Origin: Phoronis australis
Lineage: Eukaryota > Animalia > Phoronida
Reading direction: 5' to 3'
Assembly (NCBI GenBank): GCA_002633005.1
Contig: NMRA01000070.1
Span: 357,872 to 421,871, forward strand
Length of the DNA: 64,000 nt
Made by a program: the position numbers and the translations under genes. Of the stretch, positions 1-13,467 are shown one piece after another; positions within the stretch are counted from its first letter, which is position 1, and each line of letters starts with the position of its first letter. The notes under the pieces were generated by a model. It saw only the letters and a list, made by a program, of their open reading frames with translations. It made no database searches and was not told the origin of the DNA.

Positions 1-2547
1 AGATTCTGATAATCCATGTTGCGTCAAAAATATTGAGACACAGGCGCACAGGCGGAATTAGGATGCTGCGGCCCTCTCAATGGTCAAGACCGAAAAAAAA
101 CGCCACCGGTATGCTGTTTTGAGGGCCAAGGCGAACATTTTCCTACGAAAACTGCAGATATACATGCTGTGACGTGTTGTCGCACTCCACATTATAAATT
201 GTCCCCCGGACTACAGCATGCACGCCACACCAGGCCCTTGGGTCATACTGCCTAAATCAACAGTTAGTTTTTCACTGAAGCCACGGGTTAATTGCGTCCT
301 TAAAATCTTACTCCACGTGTGATTTCTGGAGTCGGCCGCTACCAGGCAAATACCGGTAAAATAGAAACAAAAACATGTACAGTGTGACGATAAACTCGGT
401 ATAATGATACGAAACATTCTACAACTCACCGAATTGTTTTGGAAACAGGAAACCAAATGCTTTAAAATAACTTTCATCTGTGGACTTTGAACAATCTTGC
501 GTAAAACATCCGCTGAGGTTATTTTGTGAATTGGCTCGATCGTTAAATCACAAAAACCAGTGACAATACCATGCTGAGACCTTGCGAACGACAGGCAGAT
601 TCAAAACAGTGGCCGGCTTTTCAATCATCGTCTCCAGAACTCCACAACAAATTAAAAAATAGTGACCATACCAACATTGCTTAGAGTAGTTGACGTAACT
701 GCATGAAATCCGAAATCTTGCTTTTGTTCAAAGTCGATAAGTCTTGCGCCTTCGAAACCGTCTGCCGTAATTTTGAAAGCTTGTGTGTTTATACAAACGT
801 GAGGGGTGAGGTTTAGGCCATGCCACTTTTTAATTCTCCTTGTCGGTGGTTTGTTTCGCGAGACTATGCATTGCCAATTGATGGGAGTGTTTGAAGCTGA
901 CCACGGGTTAACCTTCGAATGGTCTAGGTAAACCTAGGTTGACCACAAGACGATCTGGCCAAGGGACGAGGGTAACTGTACTTGTGGACCTATAATGTCT
1001 TAAAAGGACTTAGCCACAATTTCCTGTAAAAGTGATCGCGTAAGGGAAAGGGAGCGGGTGCCCCAGAATACTTGTGAAATATGTTTAAACGCTCACAATG
1101 ATTCACAAATTTTAGTCTGTTGGTTCTACTTATTTGAAAAAATGAAATCTGAAGCTAATCTAAACACGTATAACAGCGTTTTAATCAAGGAAACATGTTC
1201 GCCTTTATTGTAATGTTCATTTAAACTAGATAAATTGTAACTTATTGTAACTTACATTTCTAGATAATTTCAAAATTGTACTTCATCCGTCCATACGGGT
1301 AACGAAAGTGAAAAGGAAACCAGGGGCGCATTCGTGGGAGCAAGTAACGAGCAAAGGGGATCACGTGCGTCGTTTGCAACGCATGCCGATATCTAGCGAA
1401 GGCTTGCGCTAACTCGCTTTTCGCCCAATAAGCTCGGTCTACGGAACGCCCAGTAATCAACAACTATCACATAAAATACAATGCGCTGAGCACATATAAC
1501 AGGTTTCCTGACAGTATCGCAAGGACAAAATGGTCATTCCCGACAAGTTTCAGTAGGCCTAATTCGAAGCAGCTCAATCTTAGTCATTTTTACAGAGTGG
1601 TCGTCCTCTGATTGGTGACCTCTGTGCAGTCAAATTTCACAACAGTGCCGGTTTTACGCATTAAGTCATTGGGCGGAATACCACGTATTCTAGCTGCACC
1701 ATGCTCTTCGAGCACCAAGTCTGTGATTGATATTCAAAGGTACGTGTATGACCTCGGTTAATTATTGTATAATTCATGAACGCGTAAGTCTTCATTTGGA
1801 TTTCATTGGGAGATTATCGTTTTAATCTACAGCGGAAAAACGCACATTGGGACTATTGCTGGATGGGATAGATTTTTTGAAGTTATCTGCTTTGACAATA
1901 ATTATAAAACGATTATTGCCGTTGTGATTTTGTGATTTTACTACAAATCGCCAATTCTTGCCCTAGTTTGCCCGTAACTTCATCAGCTTAGAGTACTTGA
2001 AAATATCCTTAGAATACACCGCCATTTGTGGACTGGGCTTTAGTTACGCCAACAGAGAACAACGTTGACTGCGACCACGACTACTCTAGATTCCTTTCCG
2101 CGCTGGAGCTGTTCTCATAAAACGACTTGACTTCTCTCACCAATAATGTCACTTTAAAGTGACTATCCATGGCAAAAACAAAAAATTGATGTTTGTACCC
2201 TCATGAAATTGATCTCGAATTGTTGCTTAGTCAAAATAAGTTTGATTTCTGGACTTGAAAAGTACTGGTCTCGTTATTCTTGAGATTAGGCTCTGCAAGT
2301 TGACTCGTCACGGCGTGTCATTTTATTTGTTGAAACATTTCAAGTTTCGTCAGCACGTCATCTGCTGGCCACATCAAGTGACCTATTGAATATATTGTTT
2401 GAACAAAATCACTCCTCATTGGAATGAGGTGCAAGATGAGACCAGTAGCATTAGGCATACTAGTGATCTAAAAGTTACTTTCTTGCACGGAACGCATTTT
2501 TTTCGCGTTCCGTCCAAGATTTAGACCGCCTACCGCTATAGATTGGT

Positions 2548-2691
2548 CTGCCTCCCGTTCAGTAACACTAGAACCTCGCTAAAAAGCAAGACTTCGCGAG
2601 ATTACGTGAGATATTGCCGTGTATTTTAAGTGAGAACACGTGACTTTAGCTAGATTTTACCTAGGTCCTAGCGTTATTGAACGCACGCCTG
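2548..2691. mobile_element. ~150-bp MITE-like element with terminal inverted repeats (family A)
   Basis: Ends GTTCAGTAACACTAG ... CTAGCGTTATTGAAC are inverted. Near-identical copy at 10012-10167 and a decayed internal part at ~55880-55990. Confidence 0.75.
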
Positions 2692-2967
2692 AACTTGATC
2701 CTTAGGTGGCACTGAACAGTTAGACTGCGGCCGCGGCCAATTTGCACTGCGAAAATATTAAAATCTGGGGGTAGGCTAGCCTTGGGGCATTTTTGGTTAG
2801 GTATTGTATGTAGGCCAAGTGAATGGGGTTTGTTTGTATTTGTGAATATGCTGAGAATTAAAAAGGCCACTTTCTTGGCTGTAGCTGCACTCTTCTTCAA
2901 GATGGTGGCCCCCTGTTGCAATTGTGCATTGCTGTGTAGCAACAGAGGAATTGGCCGCGATTTCAGG

Positions 2968-3356
2968 TAGCCCTCAAACAAGCCAGATTTGCAAAAAAAT
3001 AGTTGGTTGACAGTACTTTTGGACCACATTTTTGGAATCGGCAGGAAATTTGCTTTCGGAATCTAATGTTGGCTTTAGTCGAGCATCGGCAAGTGGTGGT
3101 TTAGGGGTGAAAAGGGCCGATTTTCCATTTTTTGCCCTTATTTTTCCTAGTCTGACTTGGTTTCCACTGGGAGTGAAAGGGTGAAAAATACAAGAGAGAA
3201 CAAATTAAGTTTCTGTGCTCATCTGTAGGGCTTGTGATGTGAAATGAATCAAAACTTTTCTTTATTTGCCTGCAGTTTTTGACAGAGGGAAAAAAGGGTG
3301 AAGAGTCCATTGACGTGTGTTCTGACAGATAAACCCCTGTGAGAACTGTTCAGTGC
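2968..3356 (+). repeat. Dispersed ~390-bp repeat, copy 1
   Basis: Colinear with 34016-34408 (GTAGCCCTC.AACAAG.CAGA...TTTTGGACCA.ATTTTTGGAAT...AATCTAATG...GTGAGAACTGTTC). Confidence 0.75.
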
Positions 3357-3401
3357 CTCCTTACGCGGATGAGAAGTGATTTCTGGGTTTGTTAAGAACT
3401 G

Positions 3402-3491
3402 ACAGTTCGGTTAACCTGGTTCCCGGGCCTCACAAGCTGACGTCACGGATAGCTTGTCTCGAGGGTCTGTGCAGGAGACTAACAGTTCGGT
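3402..3491. mobile_element. ~70-bp insertion flanked by 10-bp direct repeat ACAGTTCGGT
   Basis: Direct repeats at 3402-3411 and 3482-3491; internal hairpin ACAAGCT...AGCTTGT. Its right end GGGTCTGTGCAGGAGACTA is the reverse complement of 16081-16099. Confidence 0.55.
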
Positions 3492-4524
3492 ATTCGTTGA
3501 GACTGTATTCGGCGTACAAAATGACATGCCGCGACAAGCCAACTAGTACAGCCTAAATTTCAAGCAATTGCGAACTGCCAGTTCATTCGAAGCCGTTAAA
3601 TCACTTCCAATTTGACTAAAGATCAATTTGAGACAAATTTCATAGCAGCACGTGATCTAAGTCAAAAGCTGCTTTTTCTCATGGAAGGCAGATTTATAGC
3701 CACGTTAATTTATGCAGACGCTTCTGAATATCTGAACTGTTTCATGGTAATATTGTGGCAATGCATACCTATTCGAAGATGACGACAAACTTATTGTGGA
3801 GCAATTACGAGGGCACAACAATTTTGAATTGGATGTGGTTAGCCAATTAAAAGAGGCATGGTTGATTGATATTGCTTACCATCTAAACCGTTAGATGCTT
3901 CTTTCTCGAAATTATTCTCTGAAATGTGGTGTGTGTGCCGTTGCAGTACAGTGTTGTAGTGTAGCGTAGGCGCACGTAGGCGCAGCCAACCACCTTCTGG
4001 CATTTGAACGTAGCGCCTACGCACCGTAAGTTACGTTCAATGCTCAAAGTGATGCGGTGGGCTTTGGGCACCTACTTACGTCTAATTTTACCACAGCAGC
4101 ACTGCTGCGGTATCGTAATTGTTTAATAGTTTAAGAAGCGCACCCAGTTCTGTTGCAAAGTACAATGAATAGTTTCATAAAGCGCACCTTGCTGTTTCAA
4201 GCTGGCAGCATCTGGCTTAATAACTTGATTCATCTCTAAGACGTCATATGGCCGCGGCAACCAATATCAGAGCGTTCACCGTGCTTTTTAGATTATTCCA
4301 GTTTGCAAATGGCCACCATATCCATGTGGCCGGACACTGAGATAACATACAGACCTAGCTTTTATTGCAATTTATCACACCACTTTGGTAATTGTCTTCG
4401 ATTTGCAGGTGAATCAAGTGAAGCAGCGAATGAGAAGAAACCAGATGGTAGCGCCAACACAGATACAGGATATATTTTCAGTGATATCAGCTCCGCTTTT
4501 GGGAAATATCAAACTAAGAAGAGA

Positions 4525-5549
4525 ATGGCATTTGTTAACGACTTTAACGTCACAAACGAAACGAATTGTGGATGGCCGTTCGGGTGTGAAGCTCTTAACT
4601 ATTGTAATAAACTAACAGTGTTTGTCGCAGTCGTCAGCAGCGTTGGTCTTCTGGCGAACATGATTGCCATCTATGGGATTTTTCTCGTTCCAAAAAAGAA
4701 TGCGGGAATGTTGCTCATGTTTAGTCTATCGCTAGCGGATTTTCTTATTCCGTTGTGGACAGTGATAACTGTCGCGGCATATCCACAATGCAACGCACCA
4801 CGACACCTTGGGTATTCGGTATTTCGGGTGTGCATTCAGTCCACGGCTCGCTTTGCTGTATTGTTGACGTCTTTTGCTATGGTAATAGATCGCCTTATAG
4901 CCACTATGAGACCCCTCCAATACCGTTCTCTTGTAACTATCAAGCGCACGGCCGTCACGTTACAGTATGGGTTTGTTGCTGCTTGCTATGTTTTCCCATC
5001 TTACCTCTGTATGTCATAAAAATGTTTTCTATAATGCCAAACGTCTCAGCATCGACTCGATGGAACAAAACAGTGAATACTTCAATAAACGTTCCAGCCG
5101 AACAGGACTTCAGGGCATTTTATGAAAGCCTGACGGAACTAATGCTAGGCGTATGTATCATGGTTGTCTTCGTGGTTTTGTTGCTGGCGTATCCGATTAT
5201 CTTCCTTCGGATCCACCAGCATAAGAGACTTGCCGGAACTTCGGCGCAACAGCAAGTTAAAGTCACCAGAGGCGTAGTGACGTCATTGCTCATTGTCGCC
5301 TCTTTTGCAGTTTGCATGTTGCCCCGCAGTACCACTATCATGCTTATGGTGGACTTCTCTCATGCAGAACTCGAAGTGAAGGCAATGTTTAGCGACTTCG
5401 AAGTTTGGGTCCTGTTGAACACAACTGGCGCAATAAGTCTGTTGAACTCTATTCTAGATCCTCTTATCTACGTCAACAGAAACGAAAAAATCAAAGCCGC
5501 TGTGTGGAAAAGACTGGAGTATTTCGTGCGTTACATTCGTCGGCAATGA
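4525..5549 (+). pseudogene. Intronless class A (rhodopsin-like) GPCR with one frameshift near 4958 (pseudogene or assembly indel)
   Basis: ORF 4303-5019 gives TM1 (GLLAN), TM2 (SLSLADFL), TM3 DRL and ICL2 RPLQYRSLVT. ORF 4755-5549 continues with TM4 (VTVWVCC..FP), TM5, TM6 (FAVCMLP) and TM7 (NSILDPLIY). ATG 4525 is followed by N-glycosylation sequons NVT and NET. Confidence 0.85.
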
Positions 5550-5699
5550 CGTTATTCAAAGAGCTTCACCTCACAGTGCCCATTAGATACTGTTTATCGG
5601 TTATCCACAGAGGTTAATTCTAAGCTGAGTTCCGTAAGGCTAGTTTCTTGCGAGTATGGCTATAGTGCACTACAAGTAAAGTGTGCGATCTCACTAAAC

Positions 5700-6160
5700 T
5701 TTGACGAGTACTTTTCTGCGCATTGAAATATGCTTATTCAAAACGCATGCGCAGTATTATATGAAGCGCTAAAGGGTTCATAATGAGTATCTTTCTGCGC
5801 TTTGAACGTGAACAGATGCTTTACAAACGTGCACTAGAATTGGTTATTTAACGACTATCTTTCTGCGCTAATTCAAGGCGCGGAATTGCTTATTCAAAGC
5901 GCACTGATAAATGTCCAATCAAATATTGCAGTCAGTACGCAGAACGGACGAAACTGATTAAAATTATGATTTGTATAACCAGTTTTGAGTTTGAATTATA
6001 AATGCTATGAAGCGCCAAAGAGTTCTTGAACGAGTACCTCTCTGCTCGTTCATTGATATATGCCGTAATTCAATGTGCACATATTGCTTATTCAACGCGC
6101 ACAATTGGTTCTGCGCTTATTCAACGCTCAGAATTGGTTGTTTAACGCGTACCTTTATCA
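5700..6160 (+). repeat. Degenerate tandem array
   Basis: Recurrent motifs GAGTA(C/T)(T/C)TTTCTGCGC and TGCTTATTCAA.GCGCA; related motif inverted near 6620-6645. Confidence 0.55.
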
Positions 6161-6940
6161 GTACGTATACTTTAGTTAAGTAACCGTGCTAAATTCTAGC
6201 CAACCAAAAACCACAGGCGGTTCAGGAAAGCTCCCCAAATTTCTAGTACATATAGTAATATTCAGGGGTTAGTACGTACTTTTTAAAGTACGTACTAACT
6301 CTTAAAAGAGTCATAGGGTTAGGATAAAGGACCACTGTTATCGTTGACAAGTCAACAAGCGAAGAATTATGTTAGTGTCAATGCTGTTTCCGAAGTTGAG
6401 TGAATACCATCCCTGTGTGTATATTACTATTTGAAACTTACTTGTTCTTCACAAAGTCAATAACACCAAGTTCTTTTTTAACAAGCTCGCTTTACAGAAA
6501 TCGTAAACTACAATCTTCAAAATTCAAACGTTATTCTTTGGGGGATGGCCAGAACTGTGTCTTAAATATTAATAAATTCTGCGCGTAAATTAAGCAATTA
6601 TGCGCATTGCATAACCATATTTCAACGAGCAGAAAGGTACTGGTTGTTAACCCACTAGGTCTGCACAGATAGAGTCATTTTCCACAGCAGTTAGTTTGTC
6701 GGTTCACCACCTGGGTCGTGAAAACAGGGTAGCGCTAGTGTGATTACATGCGCCGCTTGTAAAAATACACGGTGTTATTTCACGAAGTTTTGCGTGTTCT
6801 TGCGTTTGACAGAGGTTTTCTCCTCTGCGGATCGCACATCTGATAGTCAAAACGCGTTCACTTTCTGGCATGTATTGACAAAAGCGACCATAAACAAAGG
6901 TCTCATACCCCTGTATGTGTGTCCTTTAAAACGACATACA

Positions 6941-7128
6941 CTAGTGGCGGATCTAGGATATCACAAGGGGGGGGACAACATTTTATCCGGCTGTAAGCAT
7001 TTGCGCAAACCACGACGAGACTTACTTGTTTATGGTCCGCAGCGTTTGCGCGCGAAACCTACTTCTTTGTAATGCTTATTACACGTTTTATATTTTGTGC
7101 AATCGCTTCTTAACAAATTTGTTGTATT
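6941..7128 (+). mobile_element. Non-autonomous DNA element fragment (head AGTGGCGGATCTAGGATATCACAAGGG, family B)
   Basis: Head matches the reverse complement of 15862-15888 and a decayed copy at 21277-21303. 7018-7128 matches the reverse complement of ~15477-15590. Confidence 0.7.
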
Positions 7129-9317
7129 TAAAATAGTCTTCAAATGCCCAAAAGACCAGATCCGTTTTTCGTGTTGGCAATAATGACGGGATTGCTTTGG
7201 AAATCGTCTTAAGTTAAGGTTTCTGAGTGATTCACCAAAGCTTCGATTAAAATTCACATCTTACCAGTAGTTTCTGTTTTTTCACCGTCACTCAGATTCC
7301 ATTTTCTTTAAAAAATGAAATAATTTTCTTCATTGCACGGTGGAACAGACGATGGAAACGGAGTCGTAGTGCGCAGCGCCATTGCCGGTCGCCTGGGATA
7401 TCGCGGGAGAGCTTATACTTAGCCATAGTTCCGTTACCAATGCGCCGTGTTACGAATATGACACTTGAAATTGGATCTGAGCCCCCCCCCCAAACACTAA
7501 AACAGCACACATTTAAATCTTGTTTCATCCGTATAATTTTAATTACCGGGGTTAATTAATAAACTCAACATTTCCCTACGCTCTTGCTGTTTNGCTGCTA
7601 TCATTGGCGTCAATCTTGAAAGATAAAGGCAGCAATCAACAAAAAACTCATACTCCCCATGTCATAGATTGGAAATTATGGTCCTTGGTGGGTGGTCTTT
7701 TCCCACATTCAAGTTTGCCGAGTAATTCGCTAAAAGCGTAGGTCACGCTTGCCCATTTAGCAGACTTTGAAAGGAGTTTTCAAAAATTTCTCCAAACTTT
7801 TGAGGGCGGTAGAGGGTTACAAAGCATTATTTTGTTTCAGAGAGCTGGATGGGAGAGTCGTTTTTAGTATCCTGTTAATAGGCCAAAACCGGGTTTGGTA
7901 TCCTTTTAAAGTAAACGCTCTGGCTAAAAAAGCACTGGTAAAAAAGCAGCAAAAGAAGCACTTGTAACCGTCCACATTACTGGCATTTCTGCTACAAACG
8001 GAAGTGCTAACGAAAACTCCAGCGTTTTAGTTAGTTCGTGAACGGGGTATGAGTTGGATCTGGCGCCTTAGCAGAAAAGAGCCGAACGGCCCAGTGGTTG
8101 GTGTCTGGCGTCCTGGTATATAACAGCCAGGGCTCTTTAAGGGTCGGGGCAACAACGCTAATAGTTTCTTTATAGGCTGTGACTGGCCTGCCTTTGATAA
8201 TGCCTCTGACTGATAATGCACGCACACGTGACATCCTCGGCTTATCTCAGAACAATGGTTCATTTGTTAGTTATTCATATTCTGCAATGGAATACTAAGT
8301 CCGACAAGATAGCGAGTAGCGTTGGTACGACAATAGTGTCTTTGTGTGCTGTCTGACTACCGGGTTTTAGCAGGTCGCCGATAATCACCCAGCAACATGA
8401 ACTGATTTAACAATGAATGTTTCATTTACCAATAATCCCTCATTTGGAGCAATATTTAGGTGATAAAAATTATGTTCAAAACAAGAACATTGAGCTTAAC
8501 CTTGTGTGACCTTGGATTATCCTGATACAGTGTTTGATATGGTATTTTTCACTTATTTAGCACATAACATAGCCGACAAGTGAAATTCTTTTTTGTTAAA
8601 TTTCTTTAAAAAGTAAAGACCAAAAACGTTTTAGAATATCACAAGCTTGGATTGTAGTGTATAGATGATACTTGTTGAAATTCCCATTATTTGCAAAAAG
8701 TCATCAGCCTCGGAAAAATTGAAAATTGACCATTCGCAATTATTTTTATAGTACGAAATAGGTGGAAAATTACCGTAACAGGAAAAGATTGCGTCGAGCG
8801 TACAATTTAGGAACAAACTATCAACAAAAAGAGTAATGTCGAAATTACTTGCCCGGTGTCAAGATCGATAACGCGACTCTGAACAGTCGTATGGACAAAG
8901 GATGGCGAATTCATAAAAACTTGCAAATGCATACCTCATTTAAAGTGTTGGGGTGCATTTGTTGGGGGGTGACCAAGGAAATATCACGTGAACCGTCTTG
9001 AAACTATCAATTCACGAATCCACGGCCTCGATTTGAGCATGCGTAGTGCATGCGCATTAGCGTGATAGCGAAGTTGTCGATTCTTACATTGTGCTCTATG
9101 CAGATCTGACAATAAAACGCAAGAGATCTCTTAAAATAACAAGTAAATGGTGAAAAACAGCGTTATACGACACCTCTATTCCGTGAGAACATCAATGGTA
9201 CAGGATTGTTTGAACACAGAAATTTTCAGATTATTCATGAAGTTACCTCTTACCCCTCGAAACTGAGGTTCGTTGGACCATCGATGCCGGGGTGATTGGT
9301 GATAAAAATAATCATAT

Positions 9318-9918
9318 TTAAGTGCTTAAAATCACCATTTACCTTCTCTTGACCAATGACTACATTGTTCAAATATTTAAACATTCATTTATAACCTAGC
9401 ATATCACAATCTTGAATTCAATATTCCAAAACGAGTAAATAGAAGAAAAGCGACTTTAATTGAAAGTTTCTTGGCTCCGCGGATATGAGTGTCAATCGGT
9501 TCCCAGCCCCAGTGTGTCATGTCCACCAACTCGCGAGTTTGTTATACAAACTTTCGCCATATCTGCGCTTTTCCGATGTCCTACGGCAGAGTAAAAAGAT
9601 CCACAGAGTAGGCAAATACAGAGTTGTCACAACTTCCTCTCACCATTGCAAACGCAACGCCTCATCTTTGTTTATTATACGATAAAAAAACGGAAACGAG
9701 CAGCAATATCTGACGAATTTTCACAATAACCCCTAAGGCGGATGACTAAAGCTGTGATTGGATGTCCCTGTTCTATGCAATATGCATCGACCAAGAAATG
9801 TAAACATGAGATCATCTTATCAACTTATCGTCAGATGGGTGTTATAATTTGATTGCTGATCGACTGGTTGGTTGTTTTTTAGGTTTTTGATATAGAATTG
9901 GTGATTTTAAGCACTTAA
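9318..9918. mobile_element. ~600-bp non-autonomous DNA transposon with 16-bp TIRs and TTAA flanks
   Basis: TTAA-GTGCTTAAAATCACCA at 9318-9337 and TGGTGATTTTAAGCAC-TTAA at 9899-9918 form a perfect inverted pair. TTAA duplication is typical of piggyBac and Kolobok. Confidence 0.75.
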
Positions 9919-10011
9919 GGTGCTAACTGGTTGTCTTTTCTTTGTATCGAGGGTAGCCAATACTTATCCTGTGGTGAACTTAGTTAAAACGAGGCCGACC
10001 TTTGCAAAGTA

Positions 10012-10167
10012 CAGCCTCCCGTTCAGTAACGCTTGGGCCTCGCTAAAAAGCAAGACTTCGTGAGATTACGTAAAATATTGCCATGTACTTTGAATGGGAA
10101 CACGTGACTTTTGTTAGATTTTCCCTACGTCCTAGCGTAGGTCCTAGCGTTACTGAACGCACGCCCG
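10012..10167. mobile_element. MITE family A, copy 2
   Basis: Colinear with 2548-2691, same terminal inverted repeats. Confidence 0.75.
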
Positions 10168-10383
10168 GATTCACCGTCAACACCGGTATTTTGAACATAG
10201 GTGACTGTCAGGAAGAACAATCCTGGGTATATTAACAATCCAGTCTAGGCCTATGTCTTTTGAAAAATATTGGTATTAACAGATCTTACTCTCAAGTCCA
10301 CACGGAACTAGTCTGTTTGATCAGCCAAGATGGCGAACGAAGAGGTCGGACTCAGTCAGTCCGGGTATAAGATTCTCACTATC

Positions 10384-10516
10384 CAGGGGCGGATCCAAGA
10401 TTTTGAGTTTGGGGGGAGCCAGGGCAGACATTCGCACCCCCGAGCTGCCAAATTGAATCTGGGAGAATTTTAGGGGGCATGGCCCCCTTGCCAACTCCCC
10501 CCTAAATCCGTTACTG
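10384..10516 (+). mobile_element. Short MITE with CAGGGGCGGATC / ATCCG..ACTG termini (family C)
   Basis: Poly-G and poly-C subtermini and core AATCTGGGAGAATTTTAGGGGG shared with 13315-13467, 20142-20269, 30777-31099 and 43004-43043. Confidence 0.75.
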
Positions 10517-11348
10517 CTTACGTAAACTTTATGAAACTGGACCAATTAATGGGCTTTTTGCACACTTGCCGGATACAGAGAAATGATCACGTGACCATCA
10601 CGGGGAGGTGCTTATAAATGTAGGTAGCCTCACCTGGTAAGGCGTCAGTGAGTGTTTGAAACGTAGAATTATCGCGGAGGAAAATGCCAGCGTAAAAGAC
10701 AAGACGACATTCAGAACTGGCTCGGAGAGTAAGCGATAAAATCTCTGTACTCTGCTAAGATGTGTGTTCAAATTTCAAAGTAGCTGGGTAACTTTTTAGA
10801 GTTTGCTAAGCTGCGCTACATCCGAAAACCGGCGGGACAGCCAACAGCGCTCTCTCAAGCAATGACATTTCTAAAAATAACTCACTGCCTTAGTTTAATG
10901 TTTGAGTATCACCTACAATCCTTTGTGAATCCTACGGATAACAAAGGGCAATATTTTAACGCACACAAATCGTCTCCCGAGTTCAAAATAACGCTACCGT
11001 CAGAACTGAATAAGTCAGTATAGACCTATCACTCCTGCCAGTAACCTTCAGGATTTATGCCCGGGTTATTTGCTTGAGTATAATGCACGTGCTGAAGTTT
11101 ATTAGGATTGTTTCTCGATCGCTTTCTGCTATTAACTCTACGGTCGAAGCACACATAACTAGTAGAATTAAAAACATACAGTTAGTACTATATACTTGAG
11201 ATTCATGGCAATAGGGCTTTCCTGGATTACACAGTGACACTTGAATCTCGGTGTATTTACTCACAATGCCGTAAACATTCGTCAGGAACATTTGCTGCCT
11301 CGTTTTCGAGCCACTGGAGTTTCACATGTTATTTAGATTCGTAGAGTT

Positions 11349-11588
11349 ATGAAAAGATGTGTTTGCGGAGGCTGCAGCAACAACGATCAGACGGAGAACG
11401 TCTCGGTGTTCCGAAGGACGCCAAAGTTGCGCAGTAGTGGTATTGCTTCGTGCGCCGAACGAGAATGTGGGACCTCAGCGTGGACCAAGCGATTCTGTCC
11501 GGAGCCACTCTGTGTTCTGCCCACTTTGAGGAGTCGTGTTTCGACTCCAATCAGATGAGATGTTACGATGAAGGCCTGGTTCAATAAA
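11349..11588 (+). pseudogene. Decayed THAP zinc-finger domain (transposase N-terminus)
   Basis: MKRCVCGGCSN...VSVF, then a frameshift into PKDAKVAQ*WYCFVRRTR...TLCSAHFEESCF: the C2CH THAP signature (CxxxxC, P, W, LCSxHF) with one frameshift and one stop. Confidence 0.8.
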
Positions 11589-13314
11589 GGACAATATTTA
11601 CTATTCAAAAACATCGGCTCTTTATTCAGGATCGTCTGTTGGATGACTGGGTTGACTGGCCGAGCCCGAGGCCGCTTCTCTCGCGGGAGGATCCAGTTCG
11701 TAAAGCCTCAAAGTAGAAAAGTACGCAGCTGAAAACATATCAATCTCGTTCTCGCTTTCGTGCAACCCCATTTCGTCATCCTGGCCACCATTCTCGTACG
11801 TTTCCTCATAGTATTTGTTCATTTCTTGCTCATAATCGTTGTCGCTTTCAAATTCCCTACTCTCCGCCGTTGTTCAATGCTAGTCGCTGATCTCTTGTGT
11901 TCAACCCATGATGTCACTTGGCGGGAAATGTGAAAATTGGCAAAATTGAAAGAGAAATCAAAATTTCGAGCTAATGACACAAAATAATCATGGATTTGGC
12001 TAAATTTTACGTCATACATTTAGTCTGTGGCCACCGGTAATTCGAAATATGCAAAAATCCATGGTGTGTACTGTTTAAGTGTTGTGTTGTGGTCTTCAAC
12101 ACCGGCGTGAAAACAAATACCCGTCGATGCGTGATACATGCGTGTATATTAATATGATGTCTTACTTTTACTAATTATTTATTATCTGTTTTTAATTATT
12201 TATATTTATATTTATATTTTAGTTAATTATCTTGTCTTAATTTCTTTATCTTCTATTTATCATATTTTATTTTTTATTTTGTTTCATCAGTCTTTCCGTG
12301 TTAATTTCTTATTCTTTGCTTATTATTTAAATATTGTCTTTCATTTTGTAATTCTGTTTTTGTCTTACTATCTGTTTGTTTTTACTGAGGGCCCCCATGG
12401 AAAGCAGTGTGAACTGATGGGGATACCCTCATGGTAAGTAATAGATTTAAAATTCTTTGCCTTCCCGACATTAATGAGAAACACGAAAATGTGCCTGATT
12501 TCAAAAACTAGATCACGTACTTTCTTATTTCCACAATAACGGAGAATAAAAGTGATCTAAAATTTCCTGTAGAGTGACAATATCTGACGAGTGCAGTTTT
12601 CAAATGCATATTCTATGCTACTGTTACTGAGTGCCGAATCGTGTCAGTTAGCGTTCTTTCCAAGGATCGTCATGATAAGATGCTTGAAATGCTATTCCCA
12701 GAAATTGTTGTTCGCAACGCAGGGTGAAGAATTGTTATCAGTTTTATGTGTTTTTGATTCTTTGACCCGTTATCCTCAGAAATTTCAGGCAATATTTCCA
12801 ATTTCTACTTATAATTATTACTGAGACCATGGATGAGTTAATCCATAACACAAACTATTTCACTGTCCAGCAGCTTCTATTATTTTTACAATACCACAAA
12901 AAAGAGATTTCATGTTAAAATTTGACACTGGTTTTGAGCGAAAACTGATGTGTCCGGTAGAGTAGGAATTGTTTAAACTACATTTTAGTAATATAACATA
13001 AGCAAGTAAACTGCAACGCATAGTACGATCCATGCTGTTTATATTCGTCTTTTTATTCGTTTTATTCATAAAACGTACTTAGTCGGCACGCATCTGCTTG
13101 CAAATATTGTAATGAACACGCGGTTTACTCCGTGGATGGGCGGACACAGGTTATCGCTGACCGGTGTTTAGTAGCTTTCGGTGCGACGATAGACTAAAGA
13201 CTGGTTCGAGTTAATCACTTTATTAACTTCGGCCGCACGTACTCAAGTCTGCTCAAACAAAACGTACTACGTAATATCTGTTCTATGCTCCAGCTAGTGC
13301 TGCAAAACCTTGAC

Positions 13315-13467
13315 CAGGAGCGGATCCAGGATTTTTAGTTGGGGGGCGGGGCAGAGTATTAGCCAGGAATTTGCTCGTCAGACACTTACACCCCGAATTA
13401 CCAAATTTAATCTGGGAGAATTTTAGGGGGCCATGGCCCCCTTGGCCCCTCTCTAAATCCGCCACTG
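13315..13467 (+). mobile_element. MITE family C copy
   Basis: CAGGAGCGGATCCAGGATTTT...CTAAATCCGCCACTG, homologous to 10384-10516. Confidence 0.75.
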
